Under the pieces are notes generated by a model. It did not search any database. It had not been told where the DNA came from and was given only the letters and a program-made list of their open reading frames with translations. Made by a program: the position numbers and the translations under genes. Shown piece after piece: positions 1-11,929 of a stretch of DNA of 64,000 nt; positions within the stretch are counted from its first letter, which is position 1, and each line of letters starts with the position of its first letter. Location: positions 656,342 to 720,341 of the forward strand of contig JAWLHY010000002.1 of assembly GCA_041690135.1 (NCBI GenBank), given 5' to 3'. Origin of the DNA: Armatimonadota bacterium (GTDB lineage: Bacteria; Armatimonadota; SYMT01).

Positions 1-693
1 CATCGCGTCAAAGGCGAGGTGGCGCGCCTCGTCCAGAGCGTGGAACGCCCAGATCTGGCACACGAGACTTTCCCGGCGGGCGATCCGCTCGTGGGCCATC
101 TGGTGGGCGTAGATCGAGATCAATTCCGCGAACCGCAGCAGCGTAAAGGTGACGGATACCCGCAGCTTCCGGCCCGGCAGCGTGCCCGCCAGCCGGAACA
201 CCCAGCGCAGGACGCGATCGACGCTCCGCACCGGTAGCGGAGGGCGGCCCGGCAGCGAGCCTTGAATGGCGGCGACGGCCCGGTTGAAGAGGGTGACATG
301 GTAGATCTCTTCCTTGATGAAGTGGGCGATGTATTCGGTGAACGGTTGGGCGTCATCCAGGTCATACAGGCCCGCGAGCGTGCCGATTGCATGGCGCTCC
401 AGCAGCCCTGTGAACGCCATCAGGTTCATCTGCTGGTATTTGGCGAACGCCACCTTCGCAGCCGGACCGAGGTCCTGGTCGTAACCCGTGCCCACCAGCA
501 GGCTCCAGGCGTCGTACAGGGCAGCGTACTCCTCGTCTGTCGTCTCCGCGCTCCAGTCCACGTCCAACTCGGGTGTGAACGACCGCGTGAGCGACAACCG
601 GTTCAATCGCTCCAGCAAGCAATCGCACATCAACTTGCCTTCGCAAACCGCGCCGACCGCCGCCACTTTACTTTCCAGCCGTTCCCGGTCCAT
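1..693 (-). CDS. AurF/CmlI-type diiron N-oxygenase (ferritin-like), 3' end outside window
   Basis: Absent from the ORF track because there is no stop in the window. Manual translation from ATG 693 gives MDRERLESK...GLLERH...KEEIYH...FAELI...FHALDEARHLAFDAM, matching the E / ExxH / E / HxxxExxH ligand pattern of the AurF family. Confidence 0.8.
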   Translation of the reverse strand, partial: MDRERLESKVAAVGAVCEGKLMCDCLLERLNRLSLTRSFTPELDVDWSAETTDEEYAALYDAWSLLVGTGYDQDLGPAAKVAFAKYQQMNLMAFTGLLERHAIGTLAGLYDLDDAQPFTEYIAHFIKEEIYHVTLFNRAVAAIQGSLPGRPPLPVRSVDRVLRWVFRLAGTLPGRKLRVSVTFTLLRFAELISIYAHQMAHERIARRESLVCQIWAFHALDEARHLAFDAM

Positions 694-892
694 GCTCACC
701 CCATTGCCTCCGGAGGCGCCGCAACAACAGCCTTTGCCATTTCCACCATCGTAGGGCGCTCAGCGGCGTCCCACACGGCACGACAGGTGCTTGGCCAAGA
801 CGAGGCAGGCATCGGAAAGCCTGCCCTACATCGGTGGGTGTACAAGGGGATGTTTACTTGCCACAAGGCGACACGTAGGTAAAGCGCATATT

Positions 893-2353
893 TCAGTGGC
901 AGGCGGTAGTTGGAAGCGCATAATACTCGTCCGCTTCCGCATCCGGAGCGCACTCCCCGCGCTGCCGGCCGGGATCGCGGAGGTTGCGCAGGATCTGGCG
1001 GTAGTGGCGCTTCCGCTCCGTAAAGGCCTGGGCATTCCAGGTGTCCTGCCAGAGTGAGACCAGTCCGTCTTCCAGTTGTTCCACCGACATGCCGCGCGGC
1101 CGGAAATTCACGTCGAACAGTGTGCAGCGGTCCCAGGCGCCGGGGTAGAGGAGCCGGCCCTCTTCCAGCAGCCGCTGGTACAGGCGGGTGCCGGGGAAGG
1201 GGGTGAGAGCCGTGATCTGGACTTCCAGAAGGCGCGCCTGCTCTACGAAGCTCCGGATTTCGTCGAACACGGCGGGGGTGTCGGCGTCCAGGCCCACGAT
1301 GAAGCAGCCACACACGCTGACACCGCGGCTCTGAATCTTCTCGATGGCCTCCAGGTACCGGTCCAACTGCCGGGCCTTCCAGTTGGCGCGGTCCAGGCCC
1401 TGCAGGCTGTCACGGCGGGGGCTTTCCAGACCGATCAGTACCTGCCGGCAGCCGCTCGGATAGAGCAGGTCGAGGAGTTCCTCGTCCTCAGCGACCGAGA
1501 TATCTGTCTCCGTGAAGTAACGAAGATCGCGCTCCGCCAGACCGTGCAGCAGCTCCTTCGCCCAGGCCTTGTGGACGAAGGTGTTATCATCCGCGAACTC
1601 GATGAACGGACGCCGCCAGAGGGCCCGGACGGCGTCGATCTCCGCTAGAACGCGGGACACGGGCTTGAGCCGGTAGCGGGGGCCGTAAAGCCGGGAAGCC
1701 GCGCAGAACTCGCAGTCCCAGGGGCAGCCGCGCGTGGTCTGGACGGTGATGCGGTTGTAGACGCCCAGGCGGTGGATCTCGCCGGTTTCTCCCGGCGTGC
1801 CCCGCGGCGCCGCCTGCTGGCTCGTTTGGGTCAGCAGGTCGTAGCGAGGCATCGGGGCGTGCGCCAGGTCAAAGCGCCCGGGCTGCTCCTCGCGGTACAG
1901 CTTCCGCAGCCCTGCTTTGCCGCCGGCGAGAAAGTCTTGGACTACCTGGGGCCACAGGGTTTCCCCCTCGCCCACCACCACGGCGTCCGCATGCCGCTCC
2001 ACCTCGTGGGGCAACACCGTGGCGTGGAGCCCGCCGAACACCACCGGCATCCCGCGCTCCCGGTAAGCATCCGCCACCTGGTAGGCGTCGAAAGCCCGCG
2101 CGGTATACGTTGAGAGGGCGACCAGGTCGAAGCCCATCCTCGGGTTAGCGGCGAACGTCTCCACGTCATCGACTTCCAGGTACTCGACCTCCACCGTTTC
2201 CGGAGTCGCTCCCGCCAGGGTCAACAGCGCGAGGCTGGGAAGCTGCGCGATGACCTTCCCCCGGTTCATGAACTGCGGCAGCGTGATGCCGAGCTCGATG
2301 AAACGACGGGTCTGGAGTTTTACGCCCGCAATGGCGATGAGTCCGATCTTCAC
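893..2353 (-). CDS. B12-binding domain radical SAM protein
   Basis: N-terminal cobalamin-binding domain (VVFGGLHAT, VVVGEGE), RGCPWDCEFC CxxxCxxC motif, FADDN, IGLES, LTPFPGT. GTG start is approximate. Confidence 0.9.
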   Translation of the reverse strand: MKIGLIAIAGVKLQTRRFIELGITLPQFMNRGKVIAQLPSLALLTLAGATPETVEVEYLEVDDVETFAANPRMGFDLVALSTYTARAFDAYQVADAYRERGMPVVFGGLHATVLPHEVERHADAVVVGEGETLWPQVVQDFLAGGKAGLRKLYREEQPGRFDLAHAPMPRYDLLTQTSQQAAPRGTPGETGEIHRLGVYNRITVQTTRGCPWDCEFCAASRLYGPRYRLKPVSRVLAEIDAVRALWRRPFIEFADDNTFVHKAWAKELLHGLAERDLRYFTETDISVAEDEELLDLLYPSGCRQVLIGLESPRRDSLQGLDRANWKARQLDRYLEAIEKIQSRGVSVCGCFIVGLDADTPAVFDEIRSFVEQARLLEVQITALTPFPGTRLYQRLLEEGRLLYPGAWDRCTLFDVNFRPRGMSVEQLEDGLVSLWQDTWNAQAFTERKRHYRQILRNLRDPGRQRGECAPDAEADEYYALPTTACH

Positions 2354-2517
2354 CACGCCCCCCTTTCCTCGTCTTGGTTCCTGGCTTCTTGGGCTCAGGA
2401 TACCGGCGGCATACACCCGCGAGGGGTGACGACAGACCCGCTTTCCCTGTAGAGAGGACCCACGCCGGGAGGGACCTTGGGCCTCCGGGCTCCGGTTTCA
2501 ACCCATAAGACGTGGGA

Positions 2518-3555
2518 CTATTCCTGCACGGTATCCCGTTCTGGTCCCACATGCTGGGTCCACCTCCGGTCTTGCTGCCCCAGGACCAGGGCCATTCCCA
2601 GGACGACCGCCCCGGAGTGCGCCGCCCGCATCCAGGTCCGGATCTCGGCGTCGTAATCTCCGACGGGAGAGGGGAGGGGACCGTCGAACGCGTACCCGCC
2701 AATCCCCATGCCCACCAGCATACTGGCCGCCACGAGGCCCCATCCGAGAAGCTCGATCCGACGGCCCAGGCGCCATGCCAGCCAGCACCCCGTGAAGGTG
2801 CCCGCAAGGACCAGGTCCGCCGTCACGGGCAGCAGGTACTTCAGGCGCGTGTCCACCACCGCGGCGACGGTCAGCAGCAGGGGCATCCCCACGGCCCCGG
2901 CGGTCATTCCCCGGACCAACCATTCGACCACGCGCTCGCGCTTGACGGGCACACCCAACGTGGCGTCGCGTGCCCGGTCCCTCAACGCTCCCAGCGCCAG
3001 CGCGAGCAGCGGAAGCGTGACAGCGGCTACCCGGGCCAGCCGGAGCAGCCGCTGCGGCAGCTCCTCCGGCGTGCCGATCCACCGGACGAGCGGTTCGGCC
3101 GGCAACAGGAGGCCCACCGAGAGCAAGGCATCCAGGCTCAATCCGAGACCGATCGCGATGCCCGCCCACCGGCTCCGGTGCGGTGCTCCCTCCAGAAGAA
3201 TTCCCGCCGCTGTCAGCAGCGCACCGGCCGGCAAGAGCCACGCCGCCGGGGCCGTCCACCGTTGGGCGACACACCCGGATGCGTAAAGCACCGTACCCGC
3301 CAACGCCGCCCGCGACATTCCCGGGCCCAAGAGGTCCCTGCCCCAGGACACCAGAACCAGCGCGAGACAGAGCCAGACCACGTCCGCGTGCGGCACCGCG
3401 ACCTCCATTCCGAAGCGAGAGTTTGCATACGAAACGAAGTCCTGCGCGAGCACGGAGAAGCCAAAAGTCCAGAGAATTCCCGCAAGCAGCAGCCCCAGCC
3501 CCACGCCACGAGCGGCCCTTCCGGAAACCCGAACGTCCCTGCTGATGGTATCCAT
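2518..3555 (-). CDS. Multi-pass membrane protein, function unknown
   Basis: 345 aa with ~10 hydrophobic segments and a weak internal duplication (QRLLRLAR.. / RTWMRAAH..). Same strand as the radical SAM gene. Confidence 0.7.
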   Translation of the reverse strand: MDTISRDVRVSGRAARGVGLGLLLAGILWTFGFSVLAQDFVSYANSRFGMEVAVPHADVVWLCLALVLVSWGRDLLGPGMSRAALAGTVLYASGCVAQRWTAPAAWLLPAGALLTAAGILLEGAPHRSRWAGIAIGLGLSLDALLSVGLLLPAEPLVRWIGTPEELPQRLLRLARVAAVTLPLLALALGALRDRARDATLGVPVKRERVVEWLVRGMTAGAVGMPLLLTVAAVVDTRLKYLLPVTADLVLAGTFTGCWLAWRLGRRIELLGWGLVAASMLVGMGIGGYAFDGPLPSPVGDYDAEIRTWMRAAHSGAVVLGMALVLGQQDRRWTQHVGPERDTVQE

Positions 3556-3690
3556 GTCTAACGGCTCCGCGGGTCGGGCTCTTCGGCGGGTGTGGACCGG
3601 GAACGTCCCGGCGGGGGGTCTTACGGGAATACGTTCCGGCCCGCCTCGGCGACGCCCTTCCAGATGGCAGCAACATGCCTCCGCCGATGA

Positions 3691-3719
3691 TTGACAACCC
3701 CTATACCCTCATGTATACT
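3691..3719 (+). promoter_or_regulatory. Sigma70-type promoter of the str operon
   Basis: TTGACA (3691-3696), 17 nt spacer, TATACT (3714-3719). Confidence 0.85.
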
Positions 3720-4010
3720 TGCACGGCTTGAAGCGGCTCTGTGCGTGGGCACACGGACGGAGCATCAGGGGCACGCCGGAACCGAGAGACCCTGGTTTCG
3801 GCGGATGGGAGGAGCCCGGGAGGCCTTGTGCCTCCTCGCCGGACGGACCGTCCGCACGCGCCGCCCGCAGGGGCACGGCGCCGTCACCCGGCAATTCCCG
3901 TGTGCTTGCTCCTGGCTTTCGGGCAAGCTTTCTGGTTTCTGCAGAACCCGGGCACCCCGCAGCACGGCGGCCCGGCAACCCCGAGGGCATTCGGGGAGGT
4001 ATACGAGTCC

Positions 4011-4382
4011 ATGCCGACAATCAACCAACTGGTCCGCAAAGGCCGCAAGAGCATTATCAAGAAGACCAAGGCACCCGCGCTCAAGGGCGCGCCGCAGAAG
4101 CGCGGCGTGTGCCTGGTGGTCCGCACGGTGTCTCCCAAGAAGCCGAACTCGGCGCTGCGCAAGATCTGCCGCGTGCGTCTGACGAACGGCATGGAAGTCA
4201 CCGCCTACATTCCGGGGATCGGTCACAACCTGCAGGAGCACTCGGTCGTGCTCATCCGCGGGGGACGCGTGAAGGATCTTCCCGGCGTGCGCTACCACGT
4301 CATCCGCGGCGCACTGGACGCGGCCGGCACCCGTGACCGCAAGACGAGCCGCAGCAAGTACGGCACCAAGCGGCCCAAGTAA
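4011..4382 (+). CDS. rpsL: 30S ribosomal protein S12
   Basis: [27 protein letters not shown]; GGAGG RBS. Confidence 0.99.
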   Translation: MPTINQLVRKGRKSIIKKTKAPALKGAPQKRGVCLVVRTVSPKKPNSALRKICRVRLTNGMEVTAYIPGIGHNLQEHSVVLIRGGRVKDLPGVRYHVIRGALDAAGTRDRKTSRSKYGTKRPK

Positions 4383-4480
4383 GATTGACGGTACGCGCCC
4401 CGCGGTTTAGGCGGATCTTAAGCGGACCCGTCACTGTTTGTGGGCGCTGGTAGAAACATACTTCGGAAAGAGGATCGACG

Positions 4481-4954
4481 ATGCCCAGGAAAGGACCGGC
4501 GCCCCGCCGCCGACTCAATTCAGATCCGGTCTACCACAGCGAGCTGGTGACCCGGTTCATCAACCGGATGCTGTTGGACGGTAAGCGCAGCACTGCCGAG
4601 CGCATCTTCTACGGCGCGATGGAAATCGTGGAAGAGCGGACCGGCGCTCCGGCGATTGAAGTGTTCGAGCGCGCGATGCGCAATGTAATGCCCGTGGTCG
4701 AGGTACGCCCTCGGCGCGTGGGTGGTGCGACTTACCAGGTGCCCGTCGAGGTCCGGCCGGACCGCCGCCAGGCCCTGGGGATCCGCTGGATGGTGGGCGC
4801 GGCACGCCGCCGGGCGGGCAAGACGATGATCGACCGGTTGTCCGCCGAGATCCTCGACGCCGCGAATAACACGGGCGCTTCCGTCAAGAAGCGCGAAGAC
4901 AGCCACCGCATGGCGGAAGCCAACAAGGCTTTCGGCCACTATCGGTGGTCCTAA
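4481..4954 (+). CDS. rpsG: 30S ribosomal protein S7
   Basis: [21 protein letters not shown]. Confidence 0.99.
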   Translation: MPRKGPAPRRRLNSDPVYHSELVTRFINRMLLDGKRSTAERIFYGAMEIVEERTGAPAIEVFERAMRNVMPVVEVRPRRVGGATYQVPVEVRPDRRQALGIRWMVGAARRRAGKTMIDRLSAEILDAANNTGASVKKREDSHRMAEANKAFGHYRWS

Positions 4955-5085
4955 CAGGATCCTTACCGGTCCTCTAGAGTGGATTAATCGGGGCGCAGTC
5001 TGCCGCCCGGAATTCTTACGGGTGGGCAGGCTGCGCTCTTGCGTCGCCGGGGGCCCCATTGGTGCCCGAGAGGTCAGGACGAGAA

Positions 5086-7179
<2,094 letters not shown>

Positions 7180-7222
7180 GCACTACGGTCGCTGTTGTTA
7201 CAACAGCGAATGGATAGAGAAC

Positions 7223-7266
7223 AGAACGGCCGGGGATCCTCGCGATCCCCGGCCGTTCTTCATTTT
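7223..7266 (+). terminator. Intrinsic terminator after fusA
   Basis: 16-bp stem AGAACGGCCGGGGATC/GATCCCCGGCCGTTCT followed by TCATTTT. Confidence 0.8.
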
Positions 7267-7765
7267 GGCCTTCCCGCACGGCGACTCGCGGAACCTCGCC
7301 CCACTCCGGTAACCGAGGGACAGTCCTGCCCCATTACGGAGTCCCGTCCCCAGACGGTGGTTTGCGACCCTGACCTGGAATCCCGTTAGCGTTCACCGAA
7401 CACGCCTGCGCCCACGCCCCGTTCGCGACCTACTGACCGGATCCGAACCCGTTCCTCCTAATCGGCAGCCGCCCGTACCCCCATCGCGACCCACGGACCG
7501 GATCCCGTCAACAGTTTTGCGAACTACCGCGAGAAGGCGGTACTCCGCACTCGCGCCCAGCGAGTGGAATCCAGGAGGCGATTACCTCGCCCGATGGCTG
7601 CCTCTCCCAAACCGCAGGTCCCCCACCACCTCTGGTCTCCCGTCGAAAAATGTTGGCAATTTGAGGGGGGGGTCATGTATACTTCACTCAAGCTCATTTA
7701 ACAACCAGCCGGTAACCATTGCAGTACCTCCCGCTACAGGCTCGATCCCGTCAGGAGTGCGCCCC

Positions 7766-8023
7766 ATGAATTCCGGTATCTGCTATGTTCCCACCCCCGC
7801 CGAACGCGAGGTGCTGCAGGCCCTCGTCGACTACGGCGAAGTTCCCGCCGCTGCTGCCGCGTCTTGCCGGTCCCCGCACACCATCGAGGCGCACCTGGCT
7901 CGCCTGCGTGACGCCACTGGTCTCCGCCGGCTCCACCAACTCACCGCCTTCGATGGCAACGGCGATGTCGTTGGTGGGCACAACGTGAGCCACTCCTTCG
8001 CTGTCGTAGAAACAGGACCCTGA
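7766..8023 (+). CDS. Small LuxR-type HTH protein, possibly chimeric or truncated
   Basis: TPAEREVLQAL...SPHTIEAHLARLR LuxR-HTH pattern; AGGAG RBS; stop 1 nt before the next ATG. Confidence 0.6.
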   Translation: MNSGICYVPTPAEREVLQALVDYGEVPAAAAASCRSPHTIEAHLARLRDATGLRRLHQLTAFDGNGDVVGGHNVSHSFAVVETGP

Positions 8024-8024
8024 C

Positions 8025-9755
8025 ATGAGTGGCGGAGATCCACGCAGGATGGCATTCAGATTGGCCCCGTACGCGTTGGTGTTTTTCTCTGCTGTCGCAT
8101 TGGGTGCAGCGCGCGGCGATTCCGACACGGAGTCGCCGCCGTCTGTCCTCTTTCCGGAGGATCATCGTCTGGTCAAGACGGTTCGGGTGAGCCGCCCACG
8201 GGTCTATCTCGGCGAACTACTGGAGCAGTTGTCCGATCAGTCCGGCGTGCGCCTCCTGGCAGAAGACGGCAAGGGCCCCTTGGACGGAGTGCAACTTACT
8301 GCCCTTCTGCGCGATCGCCCGCTCCGGGAAGGCATGGCAGCGCTGGCCGATCTTCTGACCACCGCCTATCATCGCTTCGAGTGGCGCAAAAGCGGACAGG
8401 CTTATACCTTACGCCACTACCCGACGTTCGGCGAGGCAGCATCCATGGCACGCGCGCGCCTGCTGGCCGACTGGATGGCGGACGTGCGGTTCGCTCACGG
8501 CCTGGCGGCACTCCCGGAGGCCGCACGCACGGCCCAGGCCGCGTCTCGGCGCAGCCTCTTCGGCAAAGCCGAACCTCCTCATCGATATCTGGCGCTTCTG
8601 GGGAAACTCAGCCAGCCAGACCTCGATGCGGTGTTCCGTGGGGTTCAGGTGCCCCTCGATCCTGGAAAACTGGGGACGGCCGATCACGAAGCGTTGAAGC
8701 TCGGCGTACGTGGAGATGCAGGCGCTGCCGTCGCGAAACCGGTGGCCCCGGCCCTCTACGTCGCCTGGGACCGCCGCGAAGTCGGACCGGTCCTGTGGGT
8801 CCGCAATCACACGCGTGCCGCCGTGAGCGTCGTAGGCGGTTTCGCCTGGGACGGGCGATGGCTCGAGAGCCGCGAGACGGGCTGGAAAGGCTTGACCGAC
8901 CCCGAAGCGCAGGAGTTACAGCAGCGCCGAGCGCGCAACGGCGGTGGTGTCGGCACGCGGGTTGCGGATGCTACGCTGCCGGATTGGCTCAAGCGGGCGG
9001 CCGGAGCCCACGGGGTCAGCATCCTGGCGGACCCTGTGCTGCCGCGGGGCGGACGGAGCGTGAGCGGCTCGGCTCGTCTCGGCGTCAACTCCGACCAGAC
9101 CATGCTCCACGTTGTGTTGAGCGCCTACGCCTCCTGGCGGAAGACTGGAGAGATCCATCTCCTCCGCGACAAGACCGCCCTGGTCCACGCCCGCGAACAT
9201 CTTGTGCCGTGGAAGCAGATCCGCGGGTGGCGCTCGGTCTGCACGGAGAGTGAGGGGTATCTACGTCTGGAATCCCTAGCCGAAATGTCCGAACTCACCG
9301 GCGCCCAACTCGAGGGGCTCGCCGAAGAGTTTCCGGATGCGCGCGCCAACCTCGTGCAGCAGTGGCGCGGTATCCTGCGCTTCTACTCCCTCCTGGATCG
9401 CACAGCGCGCAAAAAGCTGCTGGGCGAAGGCGGCCTGCGCTACCCGGACGCCGGCGTGGTCGCCCGGGCGGCGCTTACTGAGACCAACCCGGCAGAGCGC
9501 CCAACTCCGGGACCGGGTGAAGCCCCGGCCAACGCTCCACGCCCGCCCATACGGTCCGATGTGCGCGGCCTCCCACTGCTGGCGGAGTTTTCCAGCCGGG
9601 CGGTGCTGCATCTTGCCTTCGAGAAGCTACGCATTCCCGGGCGCGATGGAGAAACCGACCGGTACATGATCAAGTGGACCGTGACCGTACCGGGAGAGCG
9701 ACAGCACGAGGCCCGCCAGTTCCTCACCCCCCGTCGCCCGCTCAGACCGGAGTAG
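8025..9755 (+). CDS. Secreted hypothetical protein with secretin/TonB N-terminal (STN/N0)-like domain
   Basis: Signal peptide; LGELLEQLSDQSGVRL...PLREGMAALADL; paralog of the next gene. Confidence 0.75.
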   Translation: MSGGDPRRMAFRLAPYALVFFSAVALGAARGDSDTESPPSVLFPEDHRLVKTVRVSRPRVYLGELLEQLSDQSGVRLLAEDGKGPLDGVQLTALLRDRPLREGMAALADLLTTAYHRFEWRKSGQAYTLRHYPTFGEAASMARARLLADWMADVRFAHGLAALPEAARTAQAASRRSLFGKAEPPHRYLALLGKLSQPDLDAVFRGVQVPLDPGKLGTADHEALKLGVRGDAGAAVAKPVAPALYVAWDRREVGPVLWVRNHTRAAVSVVGGFAWDGRWLESRETGWKGLTDPEAQELQQRRARNGGGVGTRVADATLPDWLKRAAGAHGVSILADPVLPRGGRSVSGSARLGVNSDQTMLHVVLSAYASWRKTGEIHLLRDKTALVHAREHLVPWKQIRGWRSVCTESEGYLRLESLAEMSELTGAQLEGLAEEFPDARANLVQQWRGILRFYSLLDRTARKKLLGEGGLRYPDAGVVARAALTETNPAERPTPGPGEAPANAPRPPIRSDVRGLPLLAEFSSRAVLHLAFEKLRIPGRDGETDRYMIKWTVTVPGERQHEARQFLTPRRPLRPE

Positions 9756-9894
9756 CGGCCGTCGTCGGTTTGCCGAGGACACTGAGCCCAGGCTGTGTTC
9801 CCGAACCTGGTCCGAGGGTCTGACCACTCATCCTCGGAATTCGATGGTAGCTCGATCTGCTCCCCCGAATGGGAACTGCTGCAAACACAGAGCT

Positions 9895-11553
9895 ATGAAG
9901 ATGCAGCGTCGCATTTTGCTCAAGGGGTGCTGCAACCTATCGCTGGTGGGACTGCTGCTGCAGCTCACGACCCAAACTGCCGCGACTGCAGAAGGCGGCG
10001 GAGATAGGCTTCTCTGGAAGGAAGCTCGTCTCGCCGGGAGAGTTACACTGCGAGAGCAGCAGATCACGATCGGCGAACTGCTCGAGAAGGTGGGAGCCGA
10101 GTGCGGAGTAGCTCTGGAGGCCGACGACCGGATCGCTCCGATCTCCGGCTACCACGTGACAGCCGTCTTCCGGGAGTGTCCGGCGCGTGAGCTCCTCTCT
10201 GCACTGGCCTCCCTCTATCGAATGCCCCCGGATCGGTGGTACTGGGAGCGCACCTCGCGACGCGGCAAACGGACTTACATCCTCCGCTGTACGTTGCCGC
10301 CCGAGGCGGAACTCGTGGCACGCGAAGAGTTCGGCCAGCAGTTCCGCCTCGACCAGCGGCGCCGGCGTGCCGCGTACTATGCCGCTTCCCCGGAAGTCCG
10401 GGCACGAATGGCCCGGACGGATCCCATGCTGGCGGCCGTGACCCCCCGCTCACCGGGGTTCTTCTCCTTCATCGCACCGCTTACCGACGTTGAGTTGCGC
10501 TCCATCGCAAACGGCCAGCAGATCGACATCCCCGCGGAACGCTGGACCCCTGAGCAAAGGGCGTTCATCCGGGAGGAGTTCCGCATTGCCAATCTCCTGG
10601 GCCGCCCAGGTGTCACCCAACCGGAAGAACTGACCCAGGTACGCCTCCGCTACAACGGCGAGGGAACGGTCGTCCTGGATCTCGGCCCCGTCGGCGCCCA
10701 CGGTGTCCTCGGCGGAATCTGGCTCCAGAAAGCCAACCGTGAAAACGACCTGCGGCGCTGGGTGGGAGACGGCGATACCACGGATGCTCCCGACCTGACC
10801 CTCCCCGCGCCTGATGAGCGGGGAAGCACCAGACCTGAAGATCTCGTGATCCGGGGCGAAACCGCGGATGCCGTCCTCTTCCGTCTGGCAAGACTCGGCC
10901 GGTTGAATCTGCTCTTCGACTCCCCGCCTCGGGTCCTGGGTCACCGCAACACCCCGAATTACGGACTGGCGGGACCCCTCCCACAGGTGCTGGCCGCTAT
11001 GGGGAAACAGGACCTCATCTGGAAACGTCGGGGGAAAGTCCTGCTTTTCCGCCGTCCGGACTGGGCAGCGGCGCGAACAGAGCGCGTTCTGCCGTGGGCG
11101 GTGGTCCGCGACCTGCGCGCCTCCGCGGCCGCGAACGGTGGCTACCTGCGGCCACAGGACTGGCTACGCCTTGCTGCCTTCGACCGGGCACAGTTGGACA
11201 GTCTCTCCGAAGAGTTTCCGGACGCTGGGAAACTGGCTTACTACCAGCTCCTGTTACGGCTTTACGGCGCGATGAGCCGGCGGGAGCAAACCGCCTGCCA
11301 ACGCCCCCAGGGAGCCGGCTGGCAGGACTGGACCAACGAAACGCGCCGGCGGCTGGAAGTCCTCTATCCACCGGCCGACGCCCGTCGCGCAGTTCTCTTG
11401 GTGCAGTGGGACACCGAGAAAAAGCCCCCACAGGCACGCTTCTATATGGGCAGCGGCCTGACAGCACCGGCAATCCGCGTCATAACCTTCGAAGCCCGCC
11501 GAGAGCCCGACGCGGCCTCCACGCATCCGCGCCGCCCGAGGCCCGAGAGGTGA
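9895..11553 (+). CDS. Secreted hypothetical protein, paralog of 8025-9755
   Basis: Signal peptide; IGELLEKVGAECGVAL; shares PW...GYLR...AQL..L.EEFPDA with the upstream gene. Confidence 0.75.
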   Translation: MKMQRRILLKGCCNLSLVGLLLQLTTQTAATAEGGGDRLLWKEARLAGRVTLREQQITIGELLEKVGAECGVALEADDRIAPISGYHVTAVFRECPARELLSALASLYRMPPDRWYWERTSRRGKRTYILRCTLPPEAELVAREEFGQQFRLDQRRRRAAYYAASPEVRARMARTDPMLAAVTPRSPGFFSFIAPLTDVELRSIANGQQIDIPAERWTPEQRAFIREEFRIANLLGRPGVTQPEELTQVRLRYNGEGTVVLDLGPVGAHGVLGGIWLQKANRENDLRRWVGDGDTTDAPDLTLPAPDERGSTRPEDLVIRGETADAVLFRLARLGRLNLLFDSPPRVLGHRNTPNYGLAGPLPQVLAAMGKQDLIWKRRGKVLLFRRPDWAAARTERVLPWAVVRDLRASAAANGGYLRPQDWLRLAAFDRAQLDSLSEEFPDAGKLAYYQLLLRLYGAMSRREQTACQRPQGAGWQDWTNETRRRLEVLYPPADARRAVLLVQWDTEKKPPQARFYMGSGLTAPAIRVITFEARREPDAASTHPRRPRPER

Positions 11554-11929
11554 CCACTGAACACTGGAACGGGATCTCGTCCCATTCACCGCACAGCGCC
11601 GTGGACTCCCACGGTGCTCGCGATCCAGGAACGGGATCCCGCGCCGTTTTCTCACAAACCCCGCGTCCCCTATCGCGACATACCCCCTGAGGAGACACTG
11701 TCGCTAAAATCAATGCCGTGTGCCAGCCGACACAACGGGATCAACCCCCGAACTGCGGAATGGAACGGCGTCGCATTCCCTACGGCTCCAACGTCCCTCA
11801 TTCCTCCAAACTACCAACACTACCTCATTAGGATGGGACTCCCACCTTCCACTTCCGACCACCGACATCCTACCATCCAGCCTGGCAGCGCCTCCCAGCC
11901 AAACCGTACCTGTAACGACCAGAAGGATC

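Noticed and set aside
696-812. 38-aa minus-strand ORF (MPASSWPSTC...) between the radical SAM and AurF genes as a RiPP precursor
   Set aside because: Weak RBS and no leader/core pattern; short ORFs like this are expected by chance in high-GC DNA.
3741-4010. N-terminal extensions in the ORF track for S12, and likewise L23, S5, L30, S4 and ArgB
   Set aside because: Canonical starts with an RBS or gene overlap lie downstream, and the extensions show no domain similarity, unlike L22.
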